From contig JAZOBJ010000013.1 of NCBI GenBank assembly GCA_045595895.1, positions 1,671 through 65,670 of the forward strand: DNA of 64,000 nucleotides, given 5' to 3'. The translations under genes were made by a program, and so were the position numbers. Shown piece by piece: positions 28,362 through 39,462 of this stretch (positions are counted from its first letter, which is position 1; each line of letters starts with the position of its first letter). Under the pieces are notes generated by a model, which did not search any database, had not been told where the DNA came from, and saw nothing but the letters and a program-made list of their open reading frames with translations. This DNA is from Candidatus Alloscybalousia sp. (GTDB lineage: Bacteria; Bacillota_I; Bacilli_A; RF39; UBA660).

Positions 28362-30077
28362 GTGAATGGTGTCTATTTATTAATTGGTACCTTCTTTATC
28401 ATAGCAGTTATTTTGGTAACTGTTGTTTTAGTGTTGATTAATAAACATAGATATAAGGTATTAAGAGAAGAAGTAGAACAGTTAGATAAAGAGAAAAACT
28501 TAATTGCTAGTACTCCAGTTTATTCTGAACTTGCTAAAGTAGAATCTATTGTTAAAAATGATAAAATGGAAGAAAAATATAAGAATTGGCAAAAACGTTT
28601 TGAAGTGATCAAAGAAGAAAAAATTAATCAAATTAATGATATGATTAATGAACTTGACATTGCTACTAATACTAAGGATTATAAGGATATTGATAAAAGA
28701 ATTGCTAAAGTAGAAATGGAAGTTTATAAAGTTAGAGAGAGTGCTAATAATCTTTTAAGTGAAATTAAAGAGATAACGGTTAGTGATGAGAAATATCGTA
28801 GTATTGTTACTAAATTAAAAGCTAAGTATAGAAAACTAATGGGTGAGTTTAATAATCATAAATCTGATTATGAGGATATTGCTGATGCTATAGGTTTACA
28901 GTTTGAAAATATTGAAAAGAGATTTTTAGATTTTGAAAATGTAATGGAAAAGAATGAGTATGATGAAGTTGTTCATATCGTTAAAGCGCTTGACACTATG
29001 ATTGATCATATGGGACTTGTTGTAGTTGAAGTACCTAATTTAGTATTACTTTCTGAGAAACTAATACCAAAAAGGATTGAAGAAATTGTTGCTACTCATG
29101 AAGAAATGGTCGAAAAAGGTTATAACTTAGAATATTTGAATATTAAATTTAACATGGATGAGTGTAGTAAAAATATTAATACTGTTTTAGATAGAATACG
29201 TGTTTTAAATTTGGATGATTGTATGTTTGAACTTAAGACTATGTTAGATTATTTAGATAATATTTTAAATGATTTTGATAGTGAAAAATTAGCTAGAAAG
29301 AGTTTTGAGGAATTAGCTGTTACTTTTTCTAAAAAGTTGAAAAGGACAAATAAGATAGTTAAAGATATTTATAGTCAAATAGATGATATTAAAAATATGT
29401 ATGATTTAGATGAAGAAGATATTAAAGAGGTAAATGATATTAAGTTAAGGCTTGCCAGTATTACTAAAGATTACAAATCTCTTATTAATAAGGAAAAGAA
29501 TGGGGAAGAACCTTATTCACATTTTTATAAGCAAATTGAAACTTATGATAATTTACTTAGTGAGTTAGAAAATAATCTAGATAATACACTTAAATCTTTA
29601 GGAAGTATGCATGATGATGAAGCTAGAGCTAGAGAACAGTTAGATGAAATTAGAGATTTGCTTAAACAGTGTAAACTTAAAATACGTAGTTATAAGTTAC
29701 CAATTATAGTAAATAATTATTTTGTTGAATTATCAGAAGCTAATGATGCAATTAATGAAATTGTTAAAGAATTATATAAAAAGCCAATCATGATTAAGGT
29801 TTTAAATACTAGGGTTGATACTGCTCGTGATTTAGTATTAAAACTTTATAATACTACTAACGATATGATTAAAACTGCACAACTTGTTGAGATGGCTATT
29901 GTTTATGGAAATAGATATCGTAGTTTAATGCCTGAAGTTGATAAAGGATTAGAGAATGCTTATATGTTATACCATAAAGGTAATTATAAGGATGCTTTAG
30001 AGGTTTCTATATCTTCTATTGAATTAGTTGATTCAAATATTCAGCAAAAATTATTAAAGTTTTATGAAGAAAGCTAG
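28362..30077 (+). CDS. ezrA: septation ring formation regulator EzrA
   Basis: GTG start with RBS aaggag. An N-terminal TM helix is followed by about 540 aa of spectrin-like coiled coils, with EzrA-like length and architecture. Bacillus-like neighbourhood. Confidence 0.8.
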   Translation: MNGVYLLIGTFFIIAVILVTVVLVLINKHRYKVLREEVEQLDKEKNLIASTPVYSELAKVESIVKNDKMEEKYKNWQKRFEVIKEEKINQINDMINELDIATNTKDYKDIDKRIAKVEMEVYKVRESANNLLSEIKEITVSDEKYRSIVTKLKAKYRKLMGEFNNHKSDYEDIADAIGLQFENIEKRFLDFENVMEKNEYDEVVHIVKALDTMIDHMGLVVVEVPNLVLLSEKLIPKRIEEIVATHEEMVEKGYNLEYLNIKFNMDECSKNINTVLDRIRVLNLDDCMFELKTMLDYLDNILNDFDSEKLARKSFEELAVTFSKKLKRTNKIVKDIYSQIDDIKNMYDLDEEDIKEVNDIKLRLASITKDYKSLINKEKNGEEPYSHFYKQIETYDNLLSELENNLDNTLKSLGSMHDDEARAREQLDEIRDLLKQCKLKIRSYKLPIIVNNYFVELSEANDAINEIVKELYKKPIMIKVLNTRVDTARDLVLKLYNTTNDMIKTAQLVEMAIVYGNRYRSLMPEVDKGLENAYMLYHKGNYKDALEVSISSIELVDSNIQQKLLKFYEES

Positions 30078-30131
30078 TCTTTCTTTTTTTCTTTTGGTAT
30101 AATATTATAGATTTTATATGTGGGTGGTATT

Positions 30132-30674
30132 ATGGTTGATTTTTTTGATAGTTATATTTCTGGTGATCCTATTGACATTTCTAAGTTACTTGCAGAAGTT
30201 GATTTACCAGTAAGAATTAAGAATATATTGATTAGTGATAAGTTTTATAATGAAGAATCTTTTTTTAAAGCAGTTGATAAATTAGTATTAGAACACACTA
30301 GTAATTATTTATTTCCTAATAGTTTAATTTCATTTTATCCACAAGTTAGGGAATATAATGCTTCACGTGATTTAGTATGTAATTTATCAGGTGCAAGAAT
30401 AAAAAAAGGTAGTTTTTACTATACATACCATCCTTTTATGGAAGATTTAACTACTGGTAAAGTATACACTATTAGAAGGAATATTAAGGCTGAACTTGGT
30501 TACATAGATTATTTTCCACAAGATTTAGCTACATATGAAGATTGGTATTATAAAGTTAAAAATGCTTATTATGTTAATGATGAAAGAATAGATTTTTATA
30601 GTTTGAGTTGCGAATGTGGTGAAGATTGTCTAGAGCCATATTTGTTGGGAAAAAGTAAGAGAAGAAAGAAGTGA
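30132..30674 (+). CDS. hypothetical protein (180 aa)
   Basis: RBS gggtgg, with an extended -10 tggtataat at 30096-30106 upstream. Confidence 0.4.
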   Translation: MVDFFDSYISGDPIDISKLLAEVDLPVRIKNILISDKFYNEESFFKAVDKLVLEHTSNYLFPNSLISFYPQVREYNASRDLVCNLSGARIKKGSFYYTYHPFMEDLTTGKVYTIRRNIKAELGYIDYFPQDLATYEDWYYKVKNAYYVNDERIDFYSLSCECGEDCLEPYLLGKSKRRKK

Positions 30675-30678
30675 TATT

Positions 30679-31800
30679 ATGATTTATTTAGATTATAGTG
30701 CTACAACACCAGCTAATCGTGATGTTGTTGATACTTTTTCTAAGGTTAGTTTAGAATATATTGGTAATCCTAATTCTTTACATAAGTTGGGAGTAGAAGC
30801 TAAAAAGTTAATGGATGCTGCTACTAAACAAGTTGCTGAATTATTAGGTGTTAAGGAAAATGAAGTAATATTTACTAGTGGTGCCAGTGAAGCTAATAAT
30901 TTAGCTATTATGGGTGTAGTAGCTAAATATCCTAATCGTGGTAAACATATTATTACTACTAAGTTGGAACATTCTAGTATTTTAGAATGTGTAAATTATT
31001 TAGAAAGTATTGGTTATATTGTTGATTACGTAAATGTTAATGAAAATGGTATGATTGACATACAACACTTTAAAAGTTTACTTACTAAGGAGACAGTTTT
31101 AGTCACTATTCATCATGTAAATAGCGAAGTTGGATTTTGTCAAAACGTAAATGAAATAGGTAATATTTTAAAAGATTATCCAACTACTATATTTCATGTA
31201 GATGGAACCCAAGCAGTTGGCAAGATTCAAGTTTCATTAAATAATATAGATTTATATAGTTTTAGTAGTCATAAATTCTTTGGTTTAAAAGGTGTTGGTT
31301 GTTTAATTAAAAAAAATAATATTGAGATTGAATCAATGATACATGGTGGAAAAAGTCAAACTAATTATAGAAGTGGAACACCTGCTTTACCATTGATAGT
31401 TAGTACTGCTAAGGCATTAAGACTTGCTTTAAATGATTTAGATAAAAAATATAATTATGTTAAGGAGCTTAGTGATTATTTAAAGAAAGAAGTAAGTAAG
31501 ATAGATGGTGTAGTTATTAATAGTAATGAAAACTGTATTCCACATATTGTTAATATGAGTGTTCTTGGTATTAAACCTGAAACTATGCTTCATGCATTAG
31601 AAGAGAAAGATATTTATATTTCTACTAAAACTGCATGTTCTAAAGATAATAGTAATTCACTTACTTTAACTACTATTGGAAAAGATGATAGTATTAGTGG
31701 ACATTCTATTAGAATAAGTGTTAGTCACTTAACTACCAAAGAAGAAATCCACATTTTTGTGGAAAACTTAAAAAATTGTATTCAAAAATTAAAATTTTAA
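30679..31800 (+). CDS. cysteine desulfurase (NifS/IscS family, NifZ-like partner of ThiI)
   Basis: Class-V PLP fold (SGASEANN, HK at FSSHKFFG). The conserved pairing directly upstream of thiI matches Bacillus nifZ-thiI. Confidence 0.8.
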   Translation: MIYLDYSATTPANRDVVDTFSKVSLEYIGNPNSLHKLGVEAKKLMDAATKQVAELLGVKENEVIFTSGASEANNLAIMGVVAKYPNRGKHIITTKLEHSSILECVNYLESIGYIVDYVNVNENGMIDIQHFKSLLTKETVLVTIHHVNSEVGFCQNVNEIGNILKDYPTTIFHVDGTQAVGKIQVSLNNIDLYSFSSHKFFGLKGVGCLIKKNNIEIESMIHGGKSQTNYRSGTPALPLIVSTAKALRLALNDLDKKYNYVKELSDYLKKEVSKIDGVVINSNENCIPHIVNMSVLGIKPETMLHALEEKDIYISTKTACSKDNSNSLTLTTIGKDDSISGHSIRISVSHLTTKEEIHIFVENLKNCIQKLKF

Positions 31801-31828
31801 AAAATGTATAAAAATAGAAAGAGTGGGA

Positions 31829-33019
31829 ATGATAATGGAGAGAGTAGTATTAATTAAATATGGAGAACTTACTACTAAAAAAGGAAATCGTAAATTCTTT
31901 ATTAATACTTTATATCAAAATATTAAAAAGAAATTAGATGGACTTGAGGTTAAGATAAGTCGTGATATTTCGAGAATGTATATTGAGTTTTCAGATGATG
32001 AAATTGATTTAGTTTTAAAAAAATTAAACCAAGTATTTGGTGTTCATTCTTATCAAGTTGCTTATAAGATAGAAACTGATTTAGATTCTATTAAAAATTT
32101 AGCAGTCGAGGTTATGAAAGAAAAAACTGGCACTTTTAAAGTAGAAACTAGACGTGCTAATAAGAATTTTCCAATTCAAAGTACTGAGTTTAGTAGACAA
32201 CTTGGTGGTTTAATTTTAAAAAATAATTCTAATTTAAAAGTAGATGTCCATAATCCAGATACTACTTTAACAGTGGAAATTCTTGATCGTTATACATATT
32301 TATATACAGATATATATTATGGTCTTGGTGGATATCCTGTTGGAGTTCAAGCTAAGGGAATGCTTATGCTTAGCGGTGGGATTGATTCACCTGTTGCTGG
32401 ATATTTAACTTTAAAACGTGGTGTTAAAATAGAAGCTGTTTATTTTGAAGCTATACCACATACTAGTTTAGAAGCTAGAAATAAAGTAATTGAACTATCT
32501 CGTAAGTTATGTAAGTATGCGGATACGATAAAACTACATATAGTACCATTTACTAATATTCAAGAAGCTATTTATAAAGAATGTAATCCTGAGTACTGTA
32601 TTACTATTATGCGTAGAATGATGTATCGTATAATGGAAAGATTAGCTAAAAGAAATAAAGGATTGGTTATAGTAAATGGTGAATCTATTGGACAAGTAGC
32701 TAGTCAAACATTAACTAGTATGAGTGTTATTAATTCAGTTACTAATATGCCAGTTATTCGTCCTGTAGCTTGCTTAGATAAGTTAGAAATTATAGACATA
32801 GCTAAAAAAATTGATACTTATGATATTAGTATTTTACCTTTTGAGGATTGTTGTACAGTATTTGTACCTAAACATCCAGTTATTAATCCTAATATAAATG
32901 AGTGTTTAATAAACGAAGAAAAATTTGATTATGAAACTATGATTCAAGATACAATTAATAATATTAATACTATAGTTATACGTGAAGAAGTAGAGAAAAA
33001 ATTTAGTAATTTACTTTAA
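31829..33019 (+). CDS. thiI: tRNA 4-thiouridine synthase ThiI
   Basis: VLIKYGELTTKKGNR N-terminus with THUMP and PP-loop (LLSGGIDSPVA) domains. Confidence 0.85.
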   Translation: MIMERVVLIKYGELTTKKGNRKFFINTLYQNIKKKLDGLEVKISRDISRMYIEFSDDEIDLVLKKLNQVFGVHSYQVAYKIETDLDSIKNLAVEVMKEKTGTFKVETRRANKNFPIQSTEFSRQLGGLILKNNSNLKVDVHNPDTTLTVEILDRYTYLYTDIYYGLGGYPVGVQAKGMLMLSGGIDSPVAGYLTLKRGVKIEAVYFEAIPHTSLEARNKVIELSRKLCKYADTIKLHIVPFTNIQEAIYKECNPEYCITIMRRMMYRIMERLAKRNKGLVIVNGESIGQVASQTLTSMSVINSVTNMPVIRPVACLDKLEIIDIAKKIDTYDISILPFEDCCTVFVPKHPVINPNINECLINEEKFDYETMIQDTINNINTIVIREEVEKKFSNLL

Positions 33020-33096
33020 TAAAAATTAGTAAAAATTACCATGGGAATTGATGTATGAAATTAGTTCATTTGCGACATTCTATTAATGTATAGGAG

Positions 33097-33327
33097 GTGA
33101 AACAAATGAACAACAATTCAAATAGCAACAACAATTCAATGAAAATGAGAGTACCAGGAGCTAAACAAGCTATCGATAAAATGAAATACGAAATCGCTAA
33201 CGAATTCGGTGTATCTTTAGGTGCTGATACTACTTCTCGTGCTAATGGTAGCGTTGGTGGTGAAATCACTAGACGTTTAGTTCAATCAGGAATGAACAAC
33301 CTTAGCGGAAATTACCAAAGTAAATAA
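33097..33327 (+). CDS. alpha/beta-type small acid-soluble spore protein
   Basis: [33 protein letters not shown] is the canonical SASP alpha/beta signature. RBS aggaggtga. Terminator follows. Confidence 0.85.
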   Translation: MKQMNNNSNSNNNSMKMRVPGAKQAIDKMKYEIANEFGVSLGADTTSRANGSVGGEITRRLVQSGMNNLSGNYQSK

Positions 33328-33356
33328 TAATATTTAATATATTATGTTTCTTAAAT

Positions 33357-33382
33357 AAGATAGGTCTCCTATCTTATTTTTG
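33357..33382 (+). terminator. rho-independent terminator after the SASP gene
   Basis: Hairpin aagatagg tct cctatctt followed by atttttg. Confidence 0.5.
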
Positions 33383-33462
33383 TTTATATATATATATTAA
33401 TTTTTTCTTTTGTTTCTTTAGGTTTTGTTGTATAATATTAGCAGAGAAAGAAGGAGAAAATT

Positions 33463-34644
33463 ATGAAAATTATGGCAATTAATGCTGGTAGTAGTTCATT
33501 AAAGTTTAGTTTATTTGAAATGAATACTAAAGAATGTATTGCTTCTGGTTATTTTGAAAGAGTAGGATTAGATGGAAGTTTTTATACTATTAAGTATAAT
33601 GGTGAAAAGATTCGTGAAGAAGTAGCTATGCCTAATCATACTGTAGCGGTTGAGGTATTATTAGATCGTTTAGTTTCTATTGGTATTATCAGTGATTTAT
33701 CTGAAATTGAAGGTATTGGACATCGTTTAGTACATGGTGCTGATAAATATAATACTAGTGTAGTTATTACTGATGAAGTAGTAGAAGATTTAAGAAAGTT
33801 TTCAGAACTTGCACCACTTCATAATCCAGCTAACATTTTGGGAATCGAAGCTGTTAAAAAAGCTCTTCCTAATGTACCTATGGTAGGAGTATTTGATACT
33901 GCATTCCATCAAACTATGGATAAAATTCAATATATTTATCCTGTACCTTATGAATGGTATACAAAATATGGTGTTAGAAAATATGGTTTCCATGGAACTA
34001 GTCATTGCTATATTAGTAAACAAATTCCTAGAATTTTAGGAAAAGATGAATATAAAGCTATTATATGTCATTTAGGTAGTGGTGGAAGTATTTCTGCTGT
34101 TAAGAATGGTAAGTGTGTAGATACTACTATGGGATTTACTCCACTTGCAGGTATTATGATGGGAACTAGAAGTGGTGATATTGATCCATCTATTATTCCA
34201 TTTATAATGAGTAAAGAGAATAAGTCTGTAGAAGAAGTTGTTAATGACTTAAATAAGAAATCAGGATTCTTAGGTATGAGTCAAGTATCTAGTGATTGTC
34301 GTGATATTGAAGATGGTATGGCAGCTGGGAATGAATTATGCGATTTAGCATTTGAAAAATATATGCAATGCGTAGTTAATTATATAGCTTCTTATTACGT
34401 ACTTTTAGGCGGATGTGACATTATTTGTTTCACTGCTGGACTTGGTGAAAATGGACCTAAGGTTAGAGCTAGAATTATGGAAAAACTTGCATGTCTTGGT
34501 GTTAAAATTGATTTAGAAAATAATAACACACGTGGTAAAGAAATTAGGGTTAGTACTGAAGATTCTAGTATCGCATGTTATGTTGTTCCAACTGATGAAG
34601 AATTAATGATTGCTGAAGATACTTTATCTCTAATTGGAGAATAG
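33463..34644 (+). CDS. ackA: acetate kinase
   Basis: MKIMAINAGSSSLKF..., HRLVHGA and FHGTSH motifs. RBS aaggag. Confidence 0.9.
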   Translation: MKIMAINAGSSSLKFSLFEMNTKECIASGYFERVGLDGSFYTIKYNGEKIREEVAMPNHTVAVEVLLDRLVSIGIISDLSEIEGIGHRLVHGADKYNTSVVITDEVVEDLRKFSELAPLHNPANILGIEAVKKALPNVPMVGVFDTAFHQTMDKIQYIYPVPYEWYTKYGVRKYGFHGTSHCYISKQIPRILGKDEYKAIICHLGSGGSISAVKNGKCVDTTMGFTPLAGIMMGTRSGDIDPSIIPFIMSKENKSVEEVVNDLNKKSGFLGMSQVSSDCRDIEDGMAAGNELCDLAFEKYMQCVVNYIASYYVLLGGCDIICFTAGLGENGPKVRARIMEKLACLGVKIDLENNNTRGKEIRVSTEDSSIACYVVPTDEELMIAEDTLSLIGE

Positions 34645-34658
34645 ATAGGGGAAATTTT

Positions 34659-35609
34659 ATGTTTCGAAAAATTTTTAAAACAATTAAAAAGTACGATAAT
34701 ATAGTTGTTGCGCGTCATATTGGAGTTGATCCTGATGCAATGGCTAGTCAAATTGGATTAAGAGATGCCATTTTAAATACTTTTCCAAAGAAAAAGGTTT
34801 ATGCTGTTGGTACAGGTGGATCTAAATTTTCGTACCTAGGTAAACTAGATCATTATGATGGTGATGGTAGTAATACCTTATTAATTGTTTTAGATACTCC
34901 TGATAAAAGAAGAGTTGACTGTGGAGATGTAGATAATTTTGAATGTAAGATTAAAATTGATCATCATCCATTCGTTGAAAAGTTTTGTGATATTGAACTG
35001 ATTGATGATAAAAATTCTTCTACCTGTCAGTTAATTATGGAAATGATTTATAAGACTAGACTTAAAGCTAATAAAGAAATAATGGAAAAATTATACTTAG
35101 GGCTTGTCTCTGATACAAATCGCTTTATGTTTAGTAATACAACATCTAAAACATTTAGTGTTGTTAGTAAGGTAATAGATGATTATAAGTTAGAGATATT
35201 TGATTTACATGCTGATTTATATATGAGACCACTTAATGAAGTTAGACTTCAAGGTTATATTGGGCAGAACATGAAAGTTACTGATAATGGTGTAGGTTAT
35301 ATTAAAATAACTGATGATATTTTGACTAAGTTTGGTGCTGATGTAGCTAGTGGTGGTAATATGATTAATAATTTTAATTATATTGAAGAAATATTAGTTT
35401 GGTTAGCTATTACTGAAGATAAGAAAAATAATATTATTAAAATAAATATTCGTAGTCGTGGACCTGTTATTAATAGTATTGCTGAAAGATATAATGGCGG
35501 TGGTCATAAACTTGCTAGTGGTGCTAAGGTTTCAACTATGGAAGAAGTTGATTGTTTAATTCAAGATTTAGATGATGCTTGTTCTAAATATATTGAGGCT
35601 ATGGAATAG
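34659..35609 (+). CDS. DHH/DHHA1 phosphoesterase (NrnA-like nanoRNase / pAp phosphatase)
   Basis: DHH motif (KIKIDHHP) and C-terminal DHHA1 (GGGHKLASGA). Confidence 0.7.
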   Translation: MFRKIFKTIKKYDNIVVARHIGVDPDAMASQIGLRDAILNTFPKKKVYAVGTGGSKFSYLGKLDHYDGDGSNTLLIVLDTPDKRRVDCGDVDNFECKIKIDHHPFVEKFCDIELIDDKNSSTCQLIMEMIYKTRLKANKEIMEKLYLGLVSDTNRFMFSNTTSKTFSVVSKVIDDYKLEIFDLHADLYMRPLNEVRLQGYIGQNMKVTDNGVGYIKITDDILTKFGADVASGGNMINNFNYIEEILVWLAITEDKKNNIIKINIRSRGPVINSIAERYNGGGHKLASGAKVSTMEEVDCLIQDLDDACSKYIEAME

Positions 35610-35620
35610 GTGGTGAAAAT

Positions 35621-36214
35621 ATGAAAATTACGGATGTTAGTTTAACAGTTCAAGCGGTAAGACGTAGTCAATATCCTGATGTTGATCTTCCTGAATTTAT
35701 GTTAGTAGGTAGAAGTAATGTTGGTAAAAGTAGTTTTATTAATACATTAGTTAATAGAAAGAATCTTGCTTATACTTCAGGTAAACCTGGTAAGACTCAA
35801 ACTTTAAACTTCTATTTAGTAAATGAAAATTTCTATTTAGTTGATGTGCCTGGTTATGGTTATGCTTCTGTTAATAAGAAGACACAAGAAAAATTCGGTA
35901 AGATGATTGAAGAATATCTTGAAAAAAGAGATGAATTAATCAGGGTATTTATGCTTGTTGATTTTCGTCATAAGCCAACTGAAGATGATAAGTTAATGTA
36001 TAATTTTTTAAAGTACTATAATATTCCAGTTACAGTTGTAGCTACTAAAGTAGATAAAGTTGGTTCTAGTAAAATAGAAAAAAATAAGAAGATTATTTTA
36101 GATACTTTAGACTTGGTAGTTGGTGATGATTTAGTATTATTCTCTAGTGTCAATAAATTAGGTAGAGAAGATATCTTAAAGAAAATTGAAGAATTAGTAA
36201 TAGAAACAATATAA
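35621..36214 (+). CDS. engB: ribosome biogenesis GTPase EngB/YsxC
   Basis: GRSNVGKSSFIN, DVPGYGY and TKVDK motifs. Confidence 0.85.
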   Translation: MKITDVSLTVQAVRRSQYPDVDLPEFMLVGRSNVGKSSFINTLVNRKNLAYTSGKPGKTQTLNFYLVNENFYLVDVPGYGYASVNKKTQEKFGKMIEEYLEKRDELIRVFMLVDFRHKPTEDDKLMYNFLKYYNIPVTVVATKVDKVGSSKIEKNKKIILDTLDLVVGDDLVLFSSVNKLGREDILKKIEELVIETI

Positions 36215-36240
36215 AGAGAATCAAATGATTCTCTTTTTTG
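36215..36240 (+). terminator. rho-independent terminator after engB
   Basis: Hairpin agagaatc aaat gattctct followed by tttttg. Confidence 0.5.
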
Positions 36241-36284
36241 TTTCTTATTTTTAGTTTTTACATAATTTATTATAGGGTGATATC

Positions 36285-36719
36285 TTGAAGGTTGATTTTA
36301 TAAATGAGGATAATTTTATAATATATTTTTTAACACATGATGAGTTTAGAACTGAAGATGAAATGAAAATATTTTTTAAACTTTTAAATAGTGAGTTAAA
36401 AACTAAATGTAACTATGAGTTTCATGGATTTTATGAAGTTAAAATATATTGTTGTGAGGGATTATATATTTTAGAATTTAACTGTATTGATGATTATGGT
36501 AGAACAGATTTTGATATTACGATGTTACTTAATACTGTTATATTATTTAAGTTTTTTGATGAGGATATTTTTAAAGGGGAAAAGATTTATTATAAAGGGG
36601 ATTTTTATGTAGAGGTTGTTCATATGATAGATGATATTCATTTGTTTGAATATGGTGATGTTATTTATGGGAAATATGTTGAAGAAGTATTAAATAATGG
36701 GATATTAGTTTCTATTTGA
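36285..36719 (+). CDS. hypothetical protein (TTG start)
   Basis: ORF with RBS agggtga and a TTG start. No motifs. Confidence 0.35.
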   Translation: MKVDFINEDNFIIYFLTHDEFRTEDEMKIFFKLLNSELKTKCNYEFHGFYEVKIYCCEGLYILEFNCIDDYGRTDFDITMLLNTVILFKFFDEDIFKGEKIYYKGDFYVEVVHMIDDIHLFEYGDVIYGKYVEEVLNNGILVSI

Positions 36720-37220
36720 TTTAATTATTTTAGCTGGTATTCCAACAGCTGTTGTATTACTTTCTATATCTTTTAAAACAACAGCATTGGCACCAATTTT
36801 TACATTATCTCCAATGTTAATATTACCTAATATTTTGGCACTACTTCCAATAAAAACATTATTACCTATGGTAGGGTGACGTTTTCCTTTCTCTTTACCG
36901 GTTCCTCCTAGTGTAACACCATGAAACATAGTTACATTATTTCCAATAATAGCAGTTTCGCCGATTACTACACCTTGACCATGATCAATAAAAAGATTTT
37001 TTCCTATTGTAGCACCAGGATGGATTTCAATACCGGTTTTTCTTTTAGCTTTTTCTGATATATATCTGGCTATTAGAAAAAGTTTTTTTGTGTAGAAAAA
37101 TTTTGAGATTTTATGATAAATTTGGGCTTTAAAACTAGGGTATAAAAACACTTCTAAAACAGAATGAATGGCAGGATCATTCATTTTTATAGTTTTAATT
37201 TGTTCTAATATAAAATTCAT
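36705..37220 (-). CDS. cysE: serine O-acetyltransferase (short, hexapeptide-repeat)
   Basis: CysE-type N-terminal helical segment and left-handed beta-helix repeats ([44 protein letters not shown]). Confidence 0.6.
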   Translation of the reverse strand: MNFILEQIKTIKMNDPAIHSVLEVFLYPSFKAQIYHKISKFFYTKKLFLIARYISEKAKRKTGIEIHPGATIGKNLFIDHGQGVVIGETAIIGNNVTMFHGVTLGGTGKEKGKRHPTIGNNVFIGSSAKILGNINIGDNVKIGANAVVLKDIESNTTAVGIPAKIIKSNRN

Positions 37221-37301
37221 AACATCACCTATTATAATTTATGAATTTATAATTTTTATGAATGTTTTATAACACAAAAAAACTAATGAATTTCATTAGC
37301 T

Positions 37302-38027
37302 TTAGTTAAATACTCTATTTATTACTTCAGGATAGTTAGTTAATATTCCTAGCCTAGTTAATACATTTTGTGAGTGTGGTGTTGATTTTTCACCTACATA
37401 ATGGTTATATAGGAAAGAAATATAATAATCTGAATTTACATATAAAATTACTTCTTTATTTTCTTTTAATAATATATCAATAATTGTATCATTGAAAGAA
37501 GGCATTGTCATTATGTAGTAGTTTACGTCAATAAAGTTTAAATCACGGTTTGTGATGACAAAACCAATTCTATGATCTTTTATTTTGTCTTTTAATACTG
37601 TTGCGATACTTTGATTAATAGTGTGTAGATGAATACTTAGATTGGGATATTTATCTATTGCTTCTTTAATTTTATTAACATATAGGTTTATTCTTCGTGA
37701 TATATCCTGAATGTTTTCATCTGTTAACTGACCTGTTCGGAATGGGGCGATGTTTACATATATATCTTTTTGTAGGTTTCTTTCATTTAAATTTTTTAAT
37801 GTATTTTCAAATAATTCAACCTCATAATTATTTAATTCTTTTAGATTACTATTTTCTATTGTGTTGATGTTGGCATCGATACTAGTATATATATTGTATG
37901 TTACAACTCTATCATCTTTTGTTAGTGCGATATTTAAAGCCATAGAGTCGATATAATCTTTTTCAATTACATTATTCCAAAAATCATAAGTGTTTAAAGC
38001 GTCTGTTTGTTGAGCTATTATTCTCAT
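37302..38027 (-). CDS. GDPD-like (glycerophosphodiester phosphodiesterase family) protein with degenerate catalytic motifs
   Basis: N-terminus MRIIAQQTD...ALNIALTKDDRVVTYN aligns to the GDPD pattern IIAHRG...lTKDg.vVv.HD, but with HRG replaced by QQT and HD by YN. Confidence 0.3.
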   Translation of the reverse strand: MRIIAQQTDALNTYDFWNNVIEKDYIDSMALNIALTKDDRVVTYNIYTSIDANINTIENSNLKELNNYEVELFENTLKNLNERNLQKDIYVNIAPFRTGQLTDENIQDISRRINLYVNKIKEAIDKYPNLSIHLHTINQSIATVLKDKIKDHRIGFVITNRDLNFIDVNYYIMTMPSFNDTIIDILLKENKEVILYVNSDYYISFLYNHYVGEKSTPHSQNVLTRLGILTNYPEVINRVFN

Positions 38028-38154
38028 ATAATCACCATTATATTTTATGTTTTTTAATTATTTTTTTTACTTTTTTTACAAACCTTTGATTTAGACTGGA
38101 AAAATTATGTATTTTGTGTTAAAATAACCTCATCTTATATGGGAGGTGGAATTT

Positions 38155-39462
38155 ATGAATTTACCAACTGTTGCGTTAGTAGGGAGACCTAATGTAGGAA
38201 AAAGTACTTTATTTAATAGATTGGTTGGAAGTAAAGTATCTATTATTGAGGATACTCCTGGTGTAACAAGAGATAGAATTTATAGTGAAGTTAGTTATAA
38301 AAATTATAGATTTCATTTAATAGATACTGGTGGGATTGATGTAAGTCAGGAACTGTTTAATGATGAAATTAAAGTACAAGCCGAGATAGCTATTGAAGAA
38401 GCTGATGTAGTAGTATTTATCGTAGATGGAAAAGAAGGTATTACTGAAAATGATAAAGTAGTTCGTGATATGCTTCGTAAAAGTGGTAAGAAGGTTATTG
38501 TTGCGATTAATAAAACTGATTCTAAAGATAGTTTTGAACATCAGTATGATTTTTATGAACTTGGTTTTGATTTATATGTTCCTATTAGTGCTGAACATAA
38601 TACAGGTATTTATGAACTTTTGGATGAAATTACTAGTGATTTTCATCAGTATGAAAATGTTGTTGAAGATACAAGACTTAAATTTTCAGTAATAGGTAGA
38701 CCTAATGTAGGTAAGAGTAGTTTAATTAATGCTTTACTTAATGAAGAGAGAGTTATTGTATCTAATAATGCAGGAACAACTCGTGATGCGATTGATACTG
38801 TTATGAAATATAATGGTGAAGAATTTGTTTTAATTGATACTGCTGGTATGAGAAAAAAGGGGAAAGTTTTTGAGTCAGTTGAAAAGTATAGTTTACTTCG
38901 TAGTTTAAAAGCTATTGATAGAAGTGATTTGTGTTTATTAGTTATTAATGCAGAGGAAGGTATTATAGAACATGATAAGCATATTGCTAGTTATGCTTTG
39001 GAAAAAGGTAAAGGTTTAATAATAGTTGTAAATAAATGGGATACTGTACAAAATGCTAATACTAAAGAATATGAAAAAATTGTTAGAAGTGAGTTCCAAT
39101 TCTTAAGTTATGCACCTATTGTTTATCTATCTGCTTTAACTAAGAAACGTATTCATACTTTAATGCCTGAAGTGTTAAAAGTAGCTGAAAACATTAAACG
39201 TGAAGTTAAAACTAGTGTTTTAAATGAGGTTATTACTGATGCCTATACATTAAACTTACCTCCATCTTATAAAGGTAAAAGACTTAAAATATATTTTACT
39301 AATCAATCTGGTACTAAACCACCTAAATTTACATTCCATGTTAATAATAAGGGATTAGTACATTTCTCATATGAAAGATATTTAGAAAATAAATTAAGAG
39401 AAAACTTCGATTTTGAAGGAACGCCAATTATATTACAGTTTAAAAATAGAGGTGAGGAATAA
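38155..39462 (+). CDS. der: ribosome-associated GTPase Der/EngA (tandem GTPase domains plus KH-like domain)
   Basis: Two G-domains (GRPNVGKSTLFNR and GRPNVGKSSLINA). RBS gggaggtgg. The track ORF begins 3 codons upstream of the ATG at 38155. Confidence 0.9.
   Translation: MNLPTVALVGRPNVGKSTLFNRLVGSKVSIIEDTPGVTRDRIYSEVSYKNYRFHLIDTGGIDVSQELFNDEIKVQAEIAIEEADVVVFIVDGKEGITENDKVVRDMLRKSGKKVIVAINKTDSKDSFEHQYDFYELGFDLYVPISAEHNTGIYELLDEITSDFHQYENVVEDTRLKFSVIGRPNVGKSSLINALLNEERVIVSNNAGTTRDAIDTVMKYNGEEFVLIDTAGMRKKGKVFESVEKYSLLRSLKAIDRSDLCLLVINAEEGIIEHDKHIASYALEKGKGLIIVVNKWDTVQNANTKEYEKIVRSEFQFLSYAPIVYLSALTKKRIHTLMPEVLKVAENIKREVKTSVLNEVITDAYTLNLPPSYKGKRLKIYFTNQSGTKPPKFTFHVNNKGLVHFSYERYLENKLRENFDFEGTPIILQFKNRGEE

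Noticed and set aside
33066-34023. ORFs 33066-33269 (-) and 33802-34023 (-)
   Set aside because: Antisense to the SASP and ackA genes.
38317-38692. ORFs 38317-38541 (-) and 38465-38692 (+) inside der
   Set aside because: Out-of-frame or antisense to the clearly conserved tandem-GTPase Der.
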